DNA of 61,499 nt, counting the filler. It is 6 parts of 6 records of this genome, joined end to end, with 100 filler letters (N's around TTAATTAATTAA, not from the genome) between each part and the next. Parts side by side here need not be neighbours in the genome. Positions count along the whole stretch, not along the records: positions 1 to 5,870 come from DRR723986_15093; positions 5,971 to 11,798 come from DRR723986_15101; positions 11,899 to 22,821 come from DRR723986_15122; 3 more parts are not named here. One strand, written 5' to 3'. A program made the translations under genes and the position numbers. Positions 1-11,992 of the stretch are shown here, in pieces. The notes below the pieces were generated by a model. The model was not told the DNA's origin, made no database searches, and saw only the letters and a program-made list of their open reading frames with translations. Every line of letters starts with the position of its first letter. Position 1 is the stretch's first letter.

Positions 1-11
1 CAGATCAAAAC

Positions 12-43
12 CGAAAAGGCCGCCCAAACAGGGCGGCCTTTTT
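12..43. terminator. Rho-independent terminator hairpin, probably bidirectional
   Basis: AAAAGGCCGCCC-aaaca-GGGCGGCCTTTT lies just past the stop of the minus-strand GT2 gene. Confidence 0.75.
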
Positions 44-72
44 GCTTCTGGACGGCTGGCCGGATCGCCGGA

Positions 73-1362
73 TTACCTGCCCGGCTTTGGCAGGCGGATG
101 AAAGAGGCCAGGAAGGCGGCGGCTGCGAGCTGCACACTGATCGCGACAGAGGTCAGCGACAGGGAGAACCAGCGCAGGGTCGAATGGCCGACAATGTCGC
201 CGAATCCGGAAGCGGCCCAGCCGGAGAAGGCAGCGCCTGCACCGGCGAGGCCCGCCAGGCACAACACGGCTGCCAGCTGCAACTGACGCTCCAGTGTGAG
301 GAAGGGCAGGATGCGGTCGAGGTGCTTCGACTTCGGCAGGACGCCGAACTCACCAGCATAGACCCGGGTCAGCAGCGAGAAGGTCAGAAGCTGGACTCCG
401 AGGATCACAGAGAAGCAGGAGGCGACGAGCGTCAGCAGGTCCAGCCGGATGCCAGCAATTTCCAGCGGACCGCCGATCAGGGCGGCAATACCGACAAGGC
501 CTGCGCCGAGCAGGGTCGAGCCCGGCACACCGAACAGCCATTTCGGGCTGTGCAGCAGAAGGAAGCGGAGATGGCGCCAGCCATCGCGCCATGTGCGCAG
601 GTGAGGGGCCCGCGACCGGCCGTCCTGCGACAGGGTGGTCGGCACTTCGCGGATGTCGAGATCATTGAGGGATGCCTTCACTACCATCTCGCTGGCGAAT
701 TCCATGCCGGGGCTCGAGAGTTCCAGGTCGCGAATGGCGTCGCGGTTGAAACCGCGCAGGCCGCAATGGAAGTCGCCGACCGGGATCTTGAAGAACAGTC
801 GGCCAATGAAGGACAGGACCGGGTTGCCGAGCATCCGGTGGAGGAGGGGCATCGCGCCGGGGGCGATGCCGCCCTGGAACCGGTTGCCCATGACCAGCTG
901 GGCCCCCTCACGCAGTTCCCACACAAATGCGTCGAGACTGGAGAAATCATAGGAATCATCGGCGTCGCCCATGATGACATACTTGCCGCGGGCTGCACGG
1001 ATTCCCCCGATCAGTGCTGCTCCATAGCCGCGTGCCGAAACCGGCTGAACCCAGGCGCCTTCTGCCTTGGCAATTTCGCGGGAACCATCGGTGCTGCCAT
1101 TGTCGGCGATGAGGACTTCGCCCTTGATTCCCGAGCGTTCGAGATAGTCGAGCGCCTTGCGGATGCAGGTCGCGAGAGTTTCAGCCTCATTCAGGCACGG
1201 CATGAGGATGGTCAGCTCGAGGTCCCGGGCTGTCTGGCCTTCGAATTCCGACCGCAGATGCTTCAGCAGTTCGAATGCGCCAACGCCTTCTGCCGGGTCC
1301 GGAGCGTGTTCCGGCCAGTTCTCTTCGATTTTTCTGACTGTATTCATTGTCTGCCTTGCCAT
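73..1362 (-). CDS. Glycosyltransferase family 2 (DPM1/polyprenol-phosphate glycosyltransferase-like) with C-terminal TM helices
   Basis: Motifs ILMPCLNE, ADNGSTDGS, GYGAAL, MGDADDSYD, DFHCGLRGF; hydrophobic C-terminus; start uncertain. Confidence 0.85.
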   Translation of the reverse strand: MARQTMNTVRKIEENWPEHAPDPAEGVGAFELLKHLRSEFEGQTARDLELTILMPCLNEAETLATCIRKALDYLERSGIKGEVLIADNGSTDGSREIAKAEGAWVQPVSARGYGAALIGGIRAARGKYVIMGDADDSYDFSSLDAFVWELREGAQLVMGNRFQGGIAPGAMPLLHRMLGNPVLSFIGRLFFKIPVGDFHCGLRGFNRDAIRDLELSSPGMEFASEMVVKASLNDLDIREVPTTLSQDGRSRAPHLRTWRDGWRHLRFLLLHSPKWLFGVPGSTLLGAGLVGIAALIGGPLEIAGIRLDLLTLVASCFSVILGVQLLTFSLLTRVYAGEFGVLPKSKHLDRILPFLTLERQLQLAAVLCLAGLAGAGAAFSGWAASGFGDIVGHSTLRWFSLSLTSVAISVQLAAAAFLASFIRLPKPGR

Positions 1363-1600
1363 CCTGTTTGTCCCGACCGTCTCAGGATTCCGGAAAATTT
1401 CGGTGAAGATTGCTGGAAACGCCTGACGATTTGCTTGGAATCTCTTCGGATTCCGGTCCGGATCCGTTAACCACGGTTGGAGCCTGCTTCACCCTTGCTT
1501 CCGGGCAGCAACATTGGCCGTGGGGAAGGGGGCGTCTGTGGGGGGTGCCAAACCGCCCGTCGCCACTGCAGATCAACAGCAAAAATAAGCGGGGCAGGAG

Positions 1601-1629
1601 TTGACGGCGCGGTGACTATCCCATAGACC
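1601..1629 (+). promoter_or_regulatory. Putative sigma70 promoter of the S10 operon
   Basis: TTGACG followed about 16-17 nt later by CATAGA, roughly 135 nt upstream of rpsJ. Confidence 0.45.
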
Positions 1630-1764
1630 GCCCACTTCGCCGGGATGGCAGCGCTTTTTTATCAGCGAACGCTCCCTCGAAACAGACAATTCAATCCCAC
1701 GGACGCCCGGGCGCATGCTGATTTGCCCACGGGCGGATGTGTTTTGTGCGGACGGACCGAGACG

Positions 1765-2085
1765 ATGGAACGACAAAATATCCGGATCAGGCTGAAAGCC
1801 TTCGATCACCGCGCCCTCGACATGTCGGCGAAAGAGATCGTGAATACGGCAAAGCGCACGGGCGCTGAAGTCAAAGGCCCGATCCCGCTGCCGACACGTA
1901 TCGAGCGCTTCACCGTGAACCGCTCGCCCCACATCGATAAGAAATCCCGCGAACAGTTCGAGATCCGCACGCACAAGCGCATCCTCGACATTGTGGACCC
2001 GACCCCGCAGACCGTCGATGCCCTCATGAAGCTCGACCTGTCCTCCGGCGTTGGTATCGAAATCAAGCTTGAGGGAGGCCGTTAA
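1765..2085 (+). CDS. rpsJ: 30S ribosomal protein S10
   Basis: [16 protein letters not shown]...GPIPLPT...[20 protein letters not shown]; true ATG at 1765, inside the longer called ORF. Confidence 0.98.
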   Translation: MERQNIRIRLKAFDHRALDMSAKEIVNTAKRTGAEVKGPIPLPTRIERFTVNRSPHIDKKSREQFEIRTHKRILDIVDPTPQTVDALMKLDLSSGVGIEIKLEGGR

Positions 2086-2846
2086 TGGCTCTGCCAGCAG
2101 CCCGTACCGGCGTGCTTGCCCGCAAAGTCGGCATGACACGCGTATTCGATGACCAGGGTCGCCATGTCCCGGTGACCGTTCTGTCGCTCGACGGCTGTCA
2201 GGTCGTCGGCGTGCGCACGGAAGACGAGCGTACCGTCACCACCAAGAAAGGCGGCGAAGTCACCCGCACCGACGGCTACAAGGCTGTCATCATGGGGGTC
2301 GGCGACAAGAAGGCAAAGCGCACGACCAAGGCGCTGCGCGGCCAGTTCGCGAAAGCCGGCGTTGCGCCGAAGCGCAAGCTGAAAGAATTCCGCGTCTCTG
2401 GCGACCTGCCGGAAATCGGCGCGACTGTCCTTGCTGACCACTTTGCTGTTGGCCAGAAAGTTGACGTTGCTGCCCTGACGATCGGTAAAGGTTTCTCCGG
2501 TGCCATGAAGCGCTGGAACTTTGGCGGCCTGCGCGCCACCCACGGTGTCTCGATCTCTCACCGTTCCCACGGTTCGACTGGTGCAAACCAGGATCCGGGC
2601 CGCGTGTGGAAAGGCAAGAAGATGGCCGGCCACTACGGCGTTGAGCGCGTGACCACTCAGAACATCGAAGTCGTTCGTACGGACGTCGATCGTGGCCTGA
2701 TTCTCGTGAAGGGCGCTGTCCCGGGTCACGATGGCGCATTCGTCGAGCTCCGCGACGCTGTGAAGAAGGCACCGCATGCCGATACGCCGGCGGCCGGTTC
2801 GTTCAAGGCCCCTGAAGGCACCACCAAGCAAGAGAGCGCCGAATAA
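2085..2846 (+). CDS. rplC: 50S ribosomal protein L3
   Basis: [45 protein letters not shown]10 operon order. Confidence 0.98.
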   Translation: MALPAARTGVLARKVGMTRVFDDQGRHVPVTVLSLDGCQVVGVRTEDERTVTTKKGGEVTRTDGYKAVIMGVGDKKAKRTTKALRGQFAKAGVAPKRKLKEFRVSGDLPEIGATVLADHFAVGQKVDVAALTIGKGFSGAMKRWNFGGLRATHGVSISHRSHGSTGANQDPGRVWKGKKMAGHYGVERVTTQNIEVVRTDVDRGLILVKGAVPGHDGAFVELRDAVKKAPHADTPAAGSFKAPEGTTKQESAE

Positions 2847-3484
2847 TGGAACTCGCAGTCAAAACCCTGGCTGGCAAAGCTGCCGGCAATATCACGGTCG
2901 ACGATGCGATCTTCGGTATCGACGAGATCCGCGACGACATCCTGCAGCGCACTGTTCGCTGGCAGCTCGCTCGCCGTCAGGCCGGTACGCACAAGACCAA
3001 GTCGCGCGGTGAAGTGAACCGCACGACCAAGAAGTATATCCGCCAGAAAGGTTCCGGCGGCGCACGTCACGGTTCGCGTAACGCTCCGATCTTTGTTGGT
3101 GGCGGTATTGCGCACGGCCCGCGCGTCCGCAGCCACGCCCATGACCTGCCGAAGAAGATCCGCAAGATGGCTCTGGCCCACGCGCTCTCTTCGAAAGTGA
3201 AGGGTGAAGCGATCCTCGTTCTGGACGAAGCCGTGCTGACTTCCGCCAAGACCAAGGAGCTGGCTGGCCAGTTCGCAGGTCTCGGTATCGAGAACGCGCT
3301 GATCATCTCGGGCTCCGCGGTTGACGAGAACTTCGCCAAAGCGGCTCGCAACATCCCGAACATCGACGTGCTGCCGGTTGCCGGTCTGAACGTTTACGAC
3401 ATTCTGCGCCGCAAGACGCTGGTCATCACCAAGGAAGCTGCCGAAGGTATCCAGGCACGCTTCGACGGATCGAAGGAGGCCTGA
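2846..3484 (+). CDS. rplD: 50S ribosomal protein L4
   Basis: [33 protein letters not shown]. Confidence 0.98.
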   Translation: MELAVKTLAGKAAGNITVDDAIFGIDEIRDDILQRTVRWQLARRQAGTHKTKSRGEVNRTTKKYIRQKGSGGARHGSRNAPIFVGGGIAHGPRVRSHAHDLPKKIRKMALAHALSSKVKGEAILVLDEAVLTSAKTKELAGQFAGLGIENALIISGSAVDENFAKAARNIPNIDVLPVAGLNVYDILRRKTLVITKEAAEGIQARFDGSKEA

Positions 3485-3489
3485 TCGTC

Positions 3490-3789
3490 ATGGCTGACGT
3501 GCAACCCCACCACTATGACGTCCTGCGCCGTCCTCTCATCACCGAGAAGTCGACGCTGGTCGCTGAGCACAACAAGATCGTGTTCGAAGTCGCTATCGAT
3601 GCCGACAAGAAGCAGATCAAGGACGCTGTCGAGGCCCTGTTCAAGGTCGACGTGACCAAGGTCAACACGATCCTCCAGAAGGGCAAGACCAAGCGCTTCC
3701 GTGGCTATGCTGGTCGTCGCAACGACATCAAGAAAGCCATTGTGACGCTTGCTGAAGGCCAGTCTGTCGACATCACGACGGGCCTGTAA
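3490..3789 (+). CDS. rplW: 50S ribosomal protein L23
   Basis: [32 protein letters not shown]. Confidence 0.98.
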   Translation: MADVQPHHYDVLRRPLITEKSTLVAEHNKIVFEVAIDADKKQIKDAVEALFKVDVTKVNTILQKGKTKRFRGYAGRRNDIKKAIVTLAEGQSVDITTGL

Positions 3790-3807
3790 GCGGGAAGGAC
3801 GAATATT

Positions 3808-4638
3808 ATGGCACTGAAGACATTCAATCCGACTTCGCCCGGCCGCCGCCAGCTCGTTCTGGTCGACCGTTCCGAGCTCCACAAGGGCAAGCCGGTCAAG
3901 GCACTCACCGAGGGCCTGACCAAGAAGGGCGGACGTAACAACAAAGGCCGCATCACGGCTCGCCGTATCGGCGGTGGCGCGAAGAAGCTGTACCGCAAGG
4001 TCGACTTCAAGCGTAACCGCTGGGACATTCCGGCGACCGTCGAACGTCTTGAATACGACCCGAACCGCACGGCCTTCATCGCGCTGATCAAGTATGAGGA
4101 CGGCCAGCTGTCCTACATCATCGCGCCGCAGCGCCTGGAAGTCGGCGACACCGTCATCACTTCCGCAACGGCGGACATCAAGCCGGGCAACACGCTGCCG
4201 CTGAAGAACATTCCGGTCGGTACGATCATTCACAACATCGAGATGAAGCCGCAGAAGGGCGCCCAGATGGTCCGCTCCGCCGGCACCTACGCCCAGCTTG
4301 TTGGCCGTGACGGTGGCTATGCCCAGATCAAGCTCACCTCGGGCGAGCTTCGCATGGTGATGGACACCTGCCTGGCGACGGTCGGTGCTGTGTCCAACCC
4401 GGACAACATGAACCAGGTGCTCTCCAAGGCTGGCCGCAAGCGCCACCTCGGCAAGCGCCCGTCGGTTCGCGGTGTCGTGATGAACCCGGTCGACCACCCG
4501 CATGGTGGTGGTGAGGGTAAATCTTCCGGCGGCCGTCACCCGGTGACGCCGTGGGGTAAGAAGACCCGTGGTCCGAAGACCCGCAAGAACAAGGCTACGG
4601 ATCGTCTGATCATCCGTCGCCGTAACGCGAAACGCTAA
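3808..4638 (+). CDS. rplB: 50S ribosomal protein L2
   Basis: [39 protein letters not shown]. Confidence 0.99.
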   Translation: MALKTFNPTSPGRRQLVLVDRSELHKGKPVKALTEGLTKKGGRNNKGRITARRIGGGAKKLYRKVDFKRNRWDIPATVERLEYDPNRTAFIALIKYEDGQLSYIIAPQRLEVGDTVITSATADIKPGNTLPLKNIPVGTIIHNIEMKPQKGAQMVRSAGTYAQLVGRDGGYAQIKLTSGELRMVMDTCLATVGAVSNPDNMNQVLSKAGRKRHLGKRPSVRGVVMNPVDHPHGGGEGKSSGGRHPVTPWGKKTRGPKTRKNKATDRLIIRRRNAKR

Positions 4639-4653
4639 CAGGAGCCACGAGAC

Positions 4654-4932
4654 ATGCCACGTTCTGTCTGGAAAGGCCCGTTCGTCGACGGCTACCTGCT
4701 GAAGAAGGCAGAGGAAGCCCGTTCCTCTGAGAAGCGCACCGTGATCAAGACCTGGTCGCGCCGCTCGACGATCATGCCCCAATTCGTTGGCCTGAATTTC
4801 CAGGTCCACAATGGCAACAAGTTCATTCCCGTCACCGTGTCGGAAGAGATGGTGGGTCACAAGTTCGGCGAATTTGCTCCGACCCGCACCTACTACGGCC
4901 ACGGCGCGGACAAGAAAGCGAAGAGGAAGTAA
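4654..4932 (+). CDS. rpsS: 30S ribosomal protein S19
   Basis: [34 protein letters not shown]. Confidence 0.99.
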   Translation: MPRSVWKGPFVDGYLLKKAEEARSSEKRTVIKTWSRRSTIMPQFVGLNFQVHNGNKFIPVTVSEEMVGHKFGEFAPTRTYYGHGADKKAKRK

Positions 4933-4935
4933 GCC

Positions 4936-5325
4936 ATGGGTAAGGCCAAGAATCCTCCGAAGCAGGCATCGAACGAAGCACGCGCTGTTCTGCGCATGTA
5001 CCGCTCCAGCCCGCAGAAGCTGAACCTGCTGGCACAGCAGATCCGCGGCCTTCCGGTTGAGCGGGCTCTGGCTGAGCTGCAGTTCTCGCCGAAACGTCCG
5101 GCCAAGGATGTTCGCAAGCTGCTGCAGAGCGCGATCGCGAATGCTGAGAACAACCACAACCTCGACATCGACAGCCTGGTCGTTGCTGAGGCCCACGTTG
5201 GCAAGAACCTGGTGATGAAGCGTATCCGGGCCCGCGCCCGTGGCCGCGCGGCACCGATCCAGAAACCCTTTGCGCAGCTCACCATTGTGCTGCGTGACAC
5301 GAGCATGGAAGCGGAGGCTGCCTGA
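4936..5325 (+). CDS. rplV: 50S ribosomal protein L22
   Basis: [32 protein letters not shown]. Confidence 0.98.
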   Translation: MGKAKNPPKQASNEARAVLRMYRSSPQKLNLLAQQIRGLPVERALAELQFSPKRPAKDVRKLLQSAIANAENNHNLDIDSLVVAEAHVGKNLVMKRIRARARGRAAPIQKPFAQLTIVLRDTSMEAEAA

Positions 5326-5870
5326 TGGGTCAGAAAGTTAATCCGATCGGCCTGCGTCTAGGTATCAACCGGACGTCTGACAGCCGCTGGTACGCAGACA
5401 GCGCCGACTATGGCCGTCTGCTGCATGAGGACATTGCGATCCGCAAGGAGATCCGCAAGCGCCTCAAGCAAGCCGGCATCTCGAAGATCATCATCGAGCG
5501 CCCGCACAAGAAATGCCTCATTACGATTCACACGGCTCGCCCGGGTCTCGTGATCGGCAAGAAGGGTGGGGACATCGAGACGCTCCGCAAGGACCTGTCG
5601 AAGATGACCGACGACGAAGTCCGCGTGAACCTCGTCGAGATCCGCAAGCCGGAAATCGACGCGACGCTGATCGCTGACGACATCGCCCGCCAGCTCGAGC
5701 GCCGGGCATCGTTCCGCCGCACGATGAAGCGCGCCATTCAGTCCGCGATGCGCCTCGGTGCAGACGGTGTGAAAATCATGGTTTCCGGCCGCCTTGGTGG
5801 CGCCGAAATCGCCCGCACCGAAAAGTATGCTGAAGGTTCCGTGCCGCTGCACACGCTGCGCGCCGACATC
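5325..5870 (+). CDS. rpsC: 30S ribosomal protein S3 (3' truncated at contig end)
   Basis: [44 protein letters not shown]. Confidence 0.98.
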
Positions 5871-5970
5871 NNNNNNNNNNNNNNNNNNNNNNNNNNNNNN
5901 NNNNNNNNNNNNNNTTAATTAATTAANNNNNNNNNNNNNNNNNNNNNNNNNNNNNNNNNNNNNNNNNNNN
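5871..5970. other. Artificial contig linker
   Basis: N-run, TTAATTAATTAA (stops in all six frames), N-run; 100 nt. Confidence 0.99.
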
Positions 5971-6000
5971 ACCCTGGGCCAGCATGGAAAACACGGGCCA

Positions 6001-6717
6001 TTGGTAAAATGGCTGGCCTCTGTCGCGGCACTGGCCTTGGCCGCAGCCGCCCCGGCGGAGGCTTCGAACTGCCGTCTGGCGCTTTTGCTGGCGCTGGATG
6101 TGTCCAGTTCTGTCGATCCGGTTGAGGATCGTTTGCAGCGCGGCGGTTTGGTTGCCGCGCTCACCTCGCCCGAGGTACAGCGGGCTTTTTTCGCCGCAGA
6201 TCAAAAGGTTGCACTGTCCGTTTACGAATGGTCGGGACGGTACAATCAAGAAGTGTTGCTGGATTGGACCCTGATCGACAATCTCGAAACCCTTGTGAAC
6301 ACCGCCGAGATCATCGCCAACAGCACCCGAAGCCACAACGAGTTTCCGACCGCGATGGGCTATGCATTAGGTCACGGTGCCAAGCTGTTGCAATCTGCCC
6401 CCGAATGCCTGCGCAAAACCCTTGATATGGCCGGTGACGGGCAAAACAACGAAGGGTTCGGGCCGCAAACCGCCTATCGGGAGTTTCCTTTTGACGAGGT
6501 GACGGTCAATGGACTGGTCGTGAATGCCGCCGATTTTGAAGGCGAGGTAGGGTTGATCGCCTTCTACCGCGCCGAGGTTTTGCACGGGCCGGGCGCATTT
6601 CTGGTGATTGCCGACGGCTTTGAAGACTACGAACGCGCCATGCGGCAAAAGCTGGAGCGGGAACTGACCCCGCCTGCCATTGGCGCCCTGCCGCGGCCCG
6701 ATGGATCGGCGGGATGA
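6001..6717 (+). CDS. DUF1194 (VWA-like) secreted protein
   Basis: Signal peptide, then CRLALLLALDVSSSVD (MIDAS-like DxSxS), YEWSG, TLDMAGDGQNNEG, VNGLV. Confidence 0.85.
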   Translation: MVKWLASVAALALAAAAPAEASNCRLALLLALDVSSSVDPVEDRLQRGGLVAALTSPEVQRAFFAADQKVALSVYEWSGRYNQEVLLDWTLIDNLETLVNTAEIIANSTRSHNEFPTAMGYALGHGAKLLQSAPECLRKTLDMAGDGQNNEGFGPQTAYREFPFDEVTVNGLVVNAADFEGEVGLIAFYRAEVLHGPGAFLVIADGFEDYERAMRQKLERELTPPAIGALPRPDGSAG

Positions 6718-7442
6718 TCCGCGCCGGGCTGATCGCGCTGGCACTTGCGCTCGCGGCAACCAGTGCAACGGCCGGCTGCCGACAGGCTTTGGCGCTTGGG
6801 CTGGATGTCTCGGGATCGGTGGATGCCAAGGAATACCGGGCGCAGCTGGACGGGCTTGCATCGGCGCTGAATGATGCAGAAGTGCGCAGCAAGATCTTCG
6901 AAATGCCCTCAGCGCCAGTGCGCCTGCTGGTCTATGAATGGAGTGGTCCGGGCGATCAGTATGTTTTGCTGCCCTGGACCGCGATTGATCAGTCTGCCGC
7001 GCTGGATATCGCGATCGAGACCCTGCGCCAGACCCGCCGCCGCGATGCCACACCTGGGACGGCTCTTGGTGTGGCGATGACATATGGTGCGCGGCAATTG
7101 GCGCAGCAACCCGATTGTTGGAAACGCACCTTGGATATTTCCGGCGATGGCAAATCCAACCTCGGCCCCCGCCCCCGTGATGTCAAACACCGGATTGCGC
7201 GCAGCGACATCACCATCAACGGGCTGGTGATTGGCGCCGATGCGCCCAATATCGGCGATCTCAGGCAGGCAGAAATATCAGAGCTGTCAGCCTATTACAG
7301 TGCAGAAGTGATCCTCGGCCAAGAGGCCTTTGTTCAGGCAGCGCTGGGGTATGACAATTACGCGGACGCAATGAAACGCAAATTGCTGCGCGAGTTGGAA
7401 GGTCTGATCCTGTCCTACCTGCCGCCCCTGCCCGGCCGCTAG
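6714..7442 (+). CDS. DUF1194 (VWA-like) secreted protein, paralogue
   Basis: CRQALALGLDVSGSVD, YEWSG, TLDISGDGKSN, INGLV; ATGA overlap with the upstream gene. Confidence 0.85.
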   Translation: MIRAGLIALALALAATSATAGCRQALALGLDVSGSVDAKEYRAQLDGLASALNDAEVRSKIFEMPSAPVRLLVYEWSGPGDQYVLLPWTAIDQSAALDIAIETLRQTRRRDATPGTALGVAMTYGARQLAQQPDCWKRTLDISGDGKSNLGPRPRDVKHRIARSDITINGLVIGADAPNIGDLRQAEISELSAYYSAEVILGQEAFVQAALGYDNYADAMKRKLLRELEGLILSYLPPLPGR

Positions 7443-7939
7443 TAGATATAGCGGATCTGGTCCGTCCAATACCGTTCCATCCGTTTGAGGGAGACCGTGA
7501 TCTCTGAGACACCCGCAGGGCCAAGCACGCCCTTGTCCTCAAGCCCGTCCGCGTGACGCGCAAACAGCTCTGACACGACGTCGCGAATGTGGCGGCCCTT
7601 TTCTGTCAGACGCACCCGCACGGACCGGCGGTCAATCTCACAGCGTTGATGGTGCATGAACCCCATCTCAACCAGCTTTTTCAGGTTATAGCTGACATTG
7701 CTGCCTTGATAATATCCGCGACTTTTCAATTCGCCTGCGGTCACTTCGTTGTCGCCAATGTTAAACAGCAACAGCGCCTGCACTGCGTTGATTTCCAGAA
7801 CGCCGACCCGCTCAAACTCGTCCTTGATCACGTCAAGCAGCAGCCTGTGAAGCCGCTCAACCAAAGACAGGGCCTCTAGATAGCCCACCATAAAGCCTGA
7901 ATCATTGGCAGCGCCGGTGACTGATTGTTGAATGCTCAT
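7439..7939 (-). CDS. MarR-family regulator, LdtR-like
   Basis: VERLHRLLLDVIKDEF, INAVQALLLFNIG, ELKSRGYYQGSNVSYNLKKL, DRRSVRVRLT. Confidence 0.85.
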   Translation of the reverse strand: MSIQQSVTGAANDSGFMVGYLEALSLVERLHRLLLDVIKDEFERVGVLEINAVQALLLFNIGDNEVTAGELKSRGYYQGSNVSYNLKKLVEMGFMHHQRCEIDRRSVRVRLTEKGRHIRDVVSELFARHADGLEDKGVLGPAGVSEITVSLKRMERYWTDQIRYIY

Positions 7940-8061
7940 TTGTTTCTCCGACTCAATGTGTTGCCACAGAAAATGGGAAAAAAAGCAGAATAATTCGTTA
8001 AACCCTGAAACAGCTTCGTAGGGCAGCCGGAACAGCGGCCCTCCGGTGGGGTCAGTTTTGA

Positions 8062-8340
8062 TCAGACCTGACCGACGGGTTGGTCTGCAATGCGGCTTTG
8101 GATGCGGGCAATCAATTCGGAATATTCATTCGGAACAGCAACTTGCCCTGTGACCCATTGATAAAGATCATGGTCATTCTCGTTCAGCATATTGTCATAA
8201 AGCGTCAGCCCGGCATCATCCATTGTCTCCAGATGATCTGCCGCATAGGCCGAGAGTATCAAATCCATTTCCTTGATCCCCCGGCGCATCGACCGCATAT
8301 GCAGGCGCTTGACCTTATGCGCCCGAAGCTCTTCAGGCAT
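8062..8340 (-). CDS. sdhE: Succinate dehydrogenase assembly factor 2 / FAD assembly factor
   Basis: KRLHMRSMRRGIKEMDLIL (RGxxE motif), DLYQWVTG; ATG at 8340 overlaps the upstream stop. Confidence 0.88.
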   Translation of the reverse strand: MPEELRAHKVKRLHMRSMRRGIKEMDLILSAYAADHLETMDDAGLTLYDNMLNENDHDLYQWVTGQVAVPNEYSELIARIQSRIADQPVGQV

Positions 8341-8752
8341 AGGTGGCATCCTCAAGCATCTTGCGCACCCGTTTCTCAAGGCGGCCCATTGCTTCGGCCC
8401 GTTTTTGCATCTCGATGCGCATGCCGCGGATCTCTGTCAGGATCTCGCTCAGGTCGCTGTTGTGCGGGGTGATGATGTCCGGATTGTCCAGCCCCTCACC
8501 TTCACCGTTGATCAGCCACATCATTGAAACATTCAGCAGCCCCGCCAACATCGACAGCCGGTTCGCGCGCGGCTCGGACACGTCGTCTTCCCAGCTGCGC
8601 AGGGTGGACTGCTTGACCCCCAGCCGCTTGGCCAAAACCGCCTGTGTCATGCCGGCGATTTCACGCGCCGCCGCCACACGATCCCCAAAGGTTGCGGCGT
8701 CCGGTCCGTACCAGTCTGCTGTCTCTGGCGTCATTTCCGCTTGGTCTGTCAT
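8333..8752 (-). CDS. XRE-family HTH regulator with C-terminal coiled coil
   Basis: FGDRVAAARE, MTQAVLAKRLGV, WEDDVSEPR, LNVSMMWLINGEG. Confidence 0.85.
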   Translation of the reverse strand: MTDQAEMTPETADWYGPDAATFGDRVAAAREIAGMTQAVLAKRLGVKQSTLRSWEDDVSEPRANRLSMLAGLLNVSMMWLINGEGEGLDNPDIITPHNSDLSEILTEIRGMRIEMQKRAEAMGRLEKRVRKMLEDATYA

Positions 8753-8821
8753 CGTTACTGTCTCCTCGATCTTTGCATTCTCACCAATGTCGCTTGATCG
8801 GTGCGGGGGTGGCCCCTATGA

Positions 8822-10057
<1,236 letters not shown>

Positions 10058-10067
10058 AAGGGGCAAC

Positions 10068-10472
10068 ATGGCGGCAGAGTTACCTGAGTATTACTTCCGG
10101 GTTCGCGAGAATGGCGCGGCGGTTTTTCGTGTCGACACCGAGAACCGCCACCGCCGCATCGAGATGGATCAGATCGCCGTGGTGAACATTCGCAACGGGG
10201 CCATCAAACCCCATGGTGAATATGTCCTGACCGACGCGGATCTGGCCCAAATCCAAAGCTGGATGGAAGACCGCAATCAAGTTCTGGCCCACCGCGACAT
10301 CGACGATATTCATCGTGCCGTGGATTATATGAATCTGACCACGCAATGGGTGCAATCCAAAGCCACCGACGAACAGTTGGATGCGGTCACAGACGGCTTG
10401 CTTTTGGCAATGCACGATCTGCGCAGCACATTGGTGCGCAAGAAGGCGGACCGACTGATCAACAAGGACTAG
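10068..10472 (+). CDS. Hypothetical protein (134 aa)
   Basis: Clean ORF with an RBS-like AAGGGG, 10 nt after the aminotransferase stop. Confidence 0.75.
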   Translation: MAAELPEYYFRVRENGAAVFRVDTENRHRRIEMDQIAVVNIRNGAIKPHGEYVLTDADLAQIQSWMEDRNQVLAHRDIDDIHRAVDYMNLTTQWVQSKATDEQLDAVTDGLLLAMHDLRSTLVRKKADRLINKD

Positions 10473-10618
10473 CCCTGCACGACCGGCGCGGCACTGCGCC
10501 GTTGCGACCAGATTACGGCCAGAGCGATCACCGGCCCACCAAGCAAAACCTGCGGCTTTGGCACCTCAGATCCGGCTTGATCAACGGCCTCATCGCTCCG
10601 TCTTGACTGTGGTATCGA

Positions 10619-11798
10619 TCAGCCTGCGGCGGGTTGCCCGACCTGTTTGATCGTCACCCGCCAGAACCGCAGGTTCAGCAATATCGCCGCGACACCAAGA
10701 CCAAGAACCAGACCGGCCCAAACGCCAATCCCCTCGAACCCGAAGGTAAAGCCAAGCAGATAGGATGCCGGAATACCCACCACCCAATAGCTGAACGCGG
10801 CCATCCACATCGGCACGCTGGTGTCTTGCACCCCGCGCAGAAGCCCAAGCGCCACCGCCTGTGCCCCATCAACCAGCTGGAACAGCGCCGCCATCGCCAA
10901 TAGGCCCACACCCACGGCCAGGATCTCAACCCGCGCCGGTTCGCCCTTTTGCATGAACGCCGAGATCAGCGGCTCGGGCCAGCCGACAAAGCCGATGATG
11001 GTCAGTGCCGCAAATCCAACCGACATGGCCAGCACGATCACCGCGCCGCGCCCCATGTGGCCGGCATCGCGCCGCCCATAGGCATTGCCTGCCCGGATCG
11101 TCGCCACGTTGCTGAGGCCCAGATGCACCATGAAGGTGATCGACGCCAGCTGCACCGCGATCCCATGAGCCGCCAGCGGGATTGTCCCCAGCCAGCCCAT
11201 CATCATCGCAGAGGCGGCAAAGAGACCCACCTCGCTCAGCGCAGTGAGGCCAATGGGCAGACCCAGTTGGAACACCCGCGCAAACATCGACGGATCAAGC
11301 CGCCACAGGCGCACAAACAACTGATGCTGGGGCACCACCACCAGAATATAGACAAGGATACCGATCAGCGAGACCATCTGGGTGGAAAGCGATGCAATCG
11401 CCGCCCCCACCACGCCCAATTCCGGCGCGCCCCAATTGCCAAAGATCAGCGCGTAATTCGCGATCGCGTTGAAGATCGCCGCCACGATCGTGATCCAAAA
11501 AACCACCTGTGTCCGCTCCAACGCCGCGAGATAGGACTTCAGCACCATCACAAACAGCGCCGGGATGATCCCCCAGCCCGCGACCTTGAGGTATTGCCCC
11601 GCCACAAAAGCCAGATCATCGCCCTGCCCCAGCAGCCGCAAAATCGGCTCAGACCAGATCAGACAGGGCATCGCAACTATCGCAAACATCAGCGACAGCC
11701 AGATCCCCATGCGCGTGGCACGGCGAATGCCAACCTCGTCCTCTTCGGCGGCAAAGGAGGCGACCAGCGGCATCACCGCCCAGGCAAAGCCCGAGCCA
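10619..11798 (-). CDS. MATE-family (NorM-like) efflux transporter (5' truncated)
   Basis: NYALIFGNWGAPELGVVGAAIAS, LAAHGIA, AALFQLVDGAQ, LRGVQDT; multiple TM helices. Confidence 0.92.
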
Positions 11799-11898
11799 NN
11801 NNNNNNNNNNNNNNNNNNNNNNNNNNNNNNNNNNNNNNNNNNTTAATTAATTAANNNNNNNNNNNNNNNNNNNNNNNNNNNNNNNNNNNNNNNNNNNN
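11799..11898. other. Artificial contig linker
   Basis: N-run, TTAATTAATTAA, N-run. Confidence 0.99.
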
Positions 11899-11960
11899 AC
11901 AGCGGCGGCGAAGCGCTCAAGACAGATTACCCCAGACCTTGGAGCGTAGCTGTGGCAAGC
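11899..11960 (-). repeat. Conserved 3' element of the T9SS paralogues (copy 1; terminator hairpin cut by the contig edge)
   Basis: AGCGGCGGCGAAGCGCTCAAGACAG at 11901-11925 is identical to 16127-16151. Confidence 0.8.
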
Positions 11961-11992
11961 TGCAGACTGTACAATACGTGTATTCGGTGGAA

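Noticed and set aside
184-1470. 428-aa plus-strand ORF, and similar long ORFs at 24938-26485, 30966-32204, 32425-33564 and 44613-46028
   Set aside because: Each lies antisense to a well-supported gene.
3394-5196. 600-aa minus-strand ORF
   Set aside because: It is the antisense shadow of rplW-rplB-rpsS-rplV, expected from biased high-GC codon usage, and has no recognisable motifs.
5915-5926. Recurrent TTAATTAATTAA palindrome
   Set aside because: It is an artificial six-frame-stop linker embedded in Ns.
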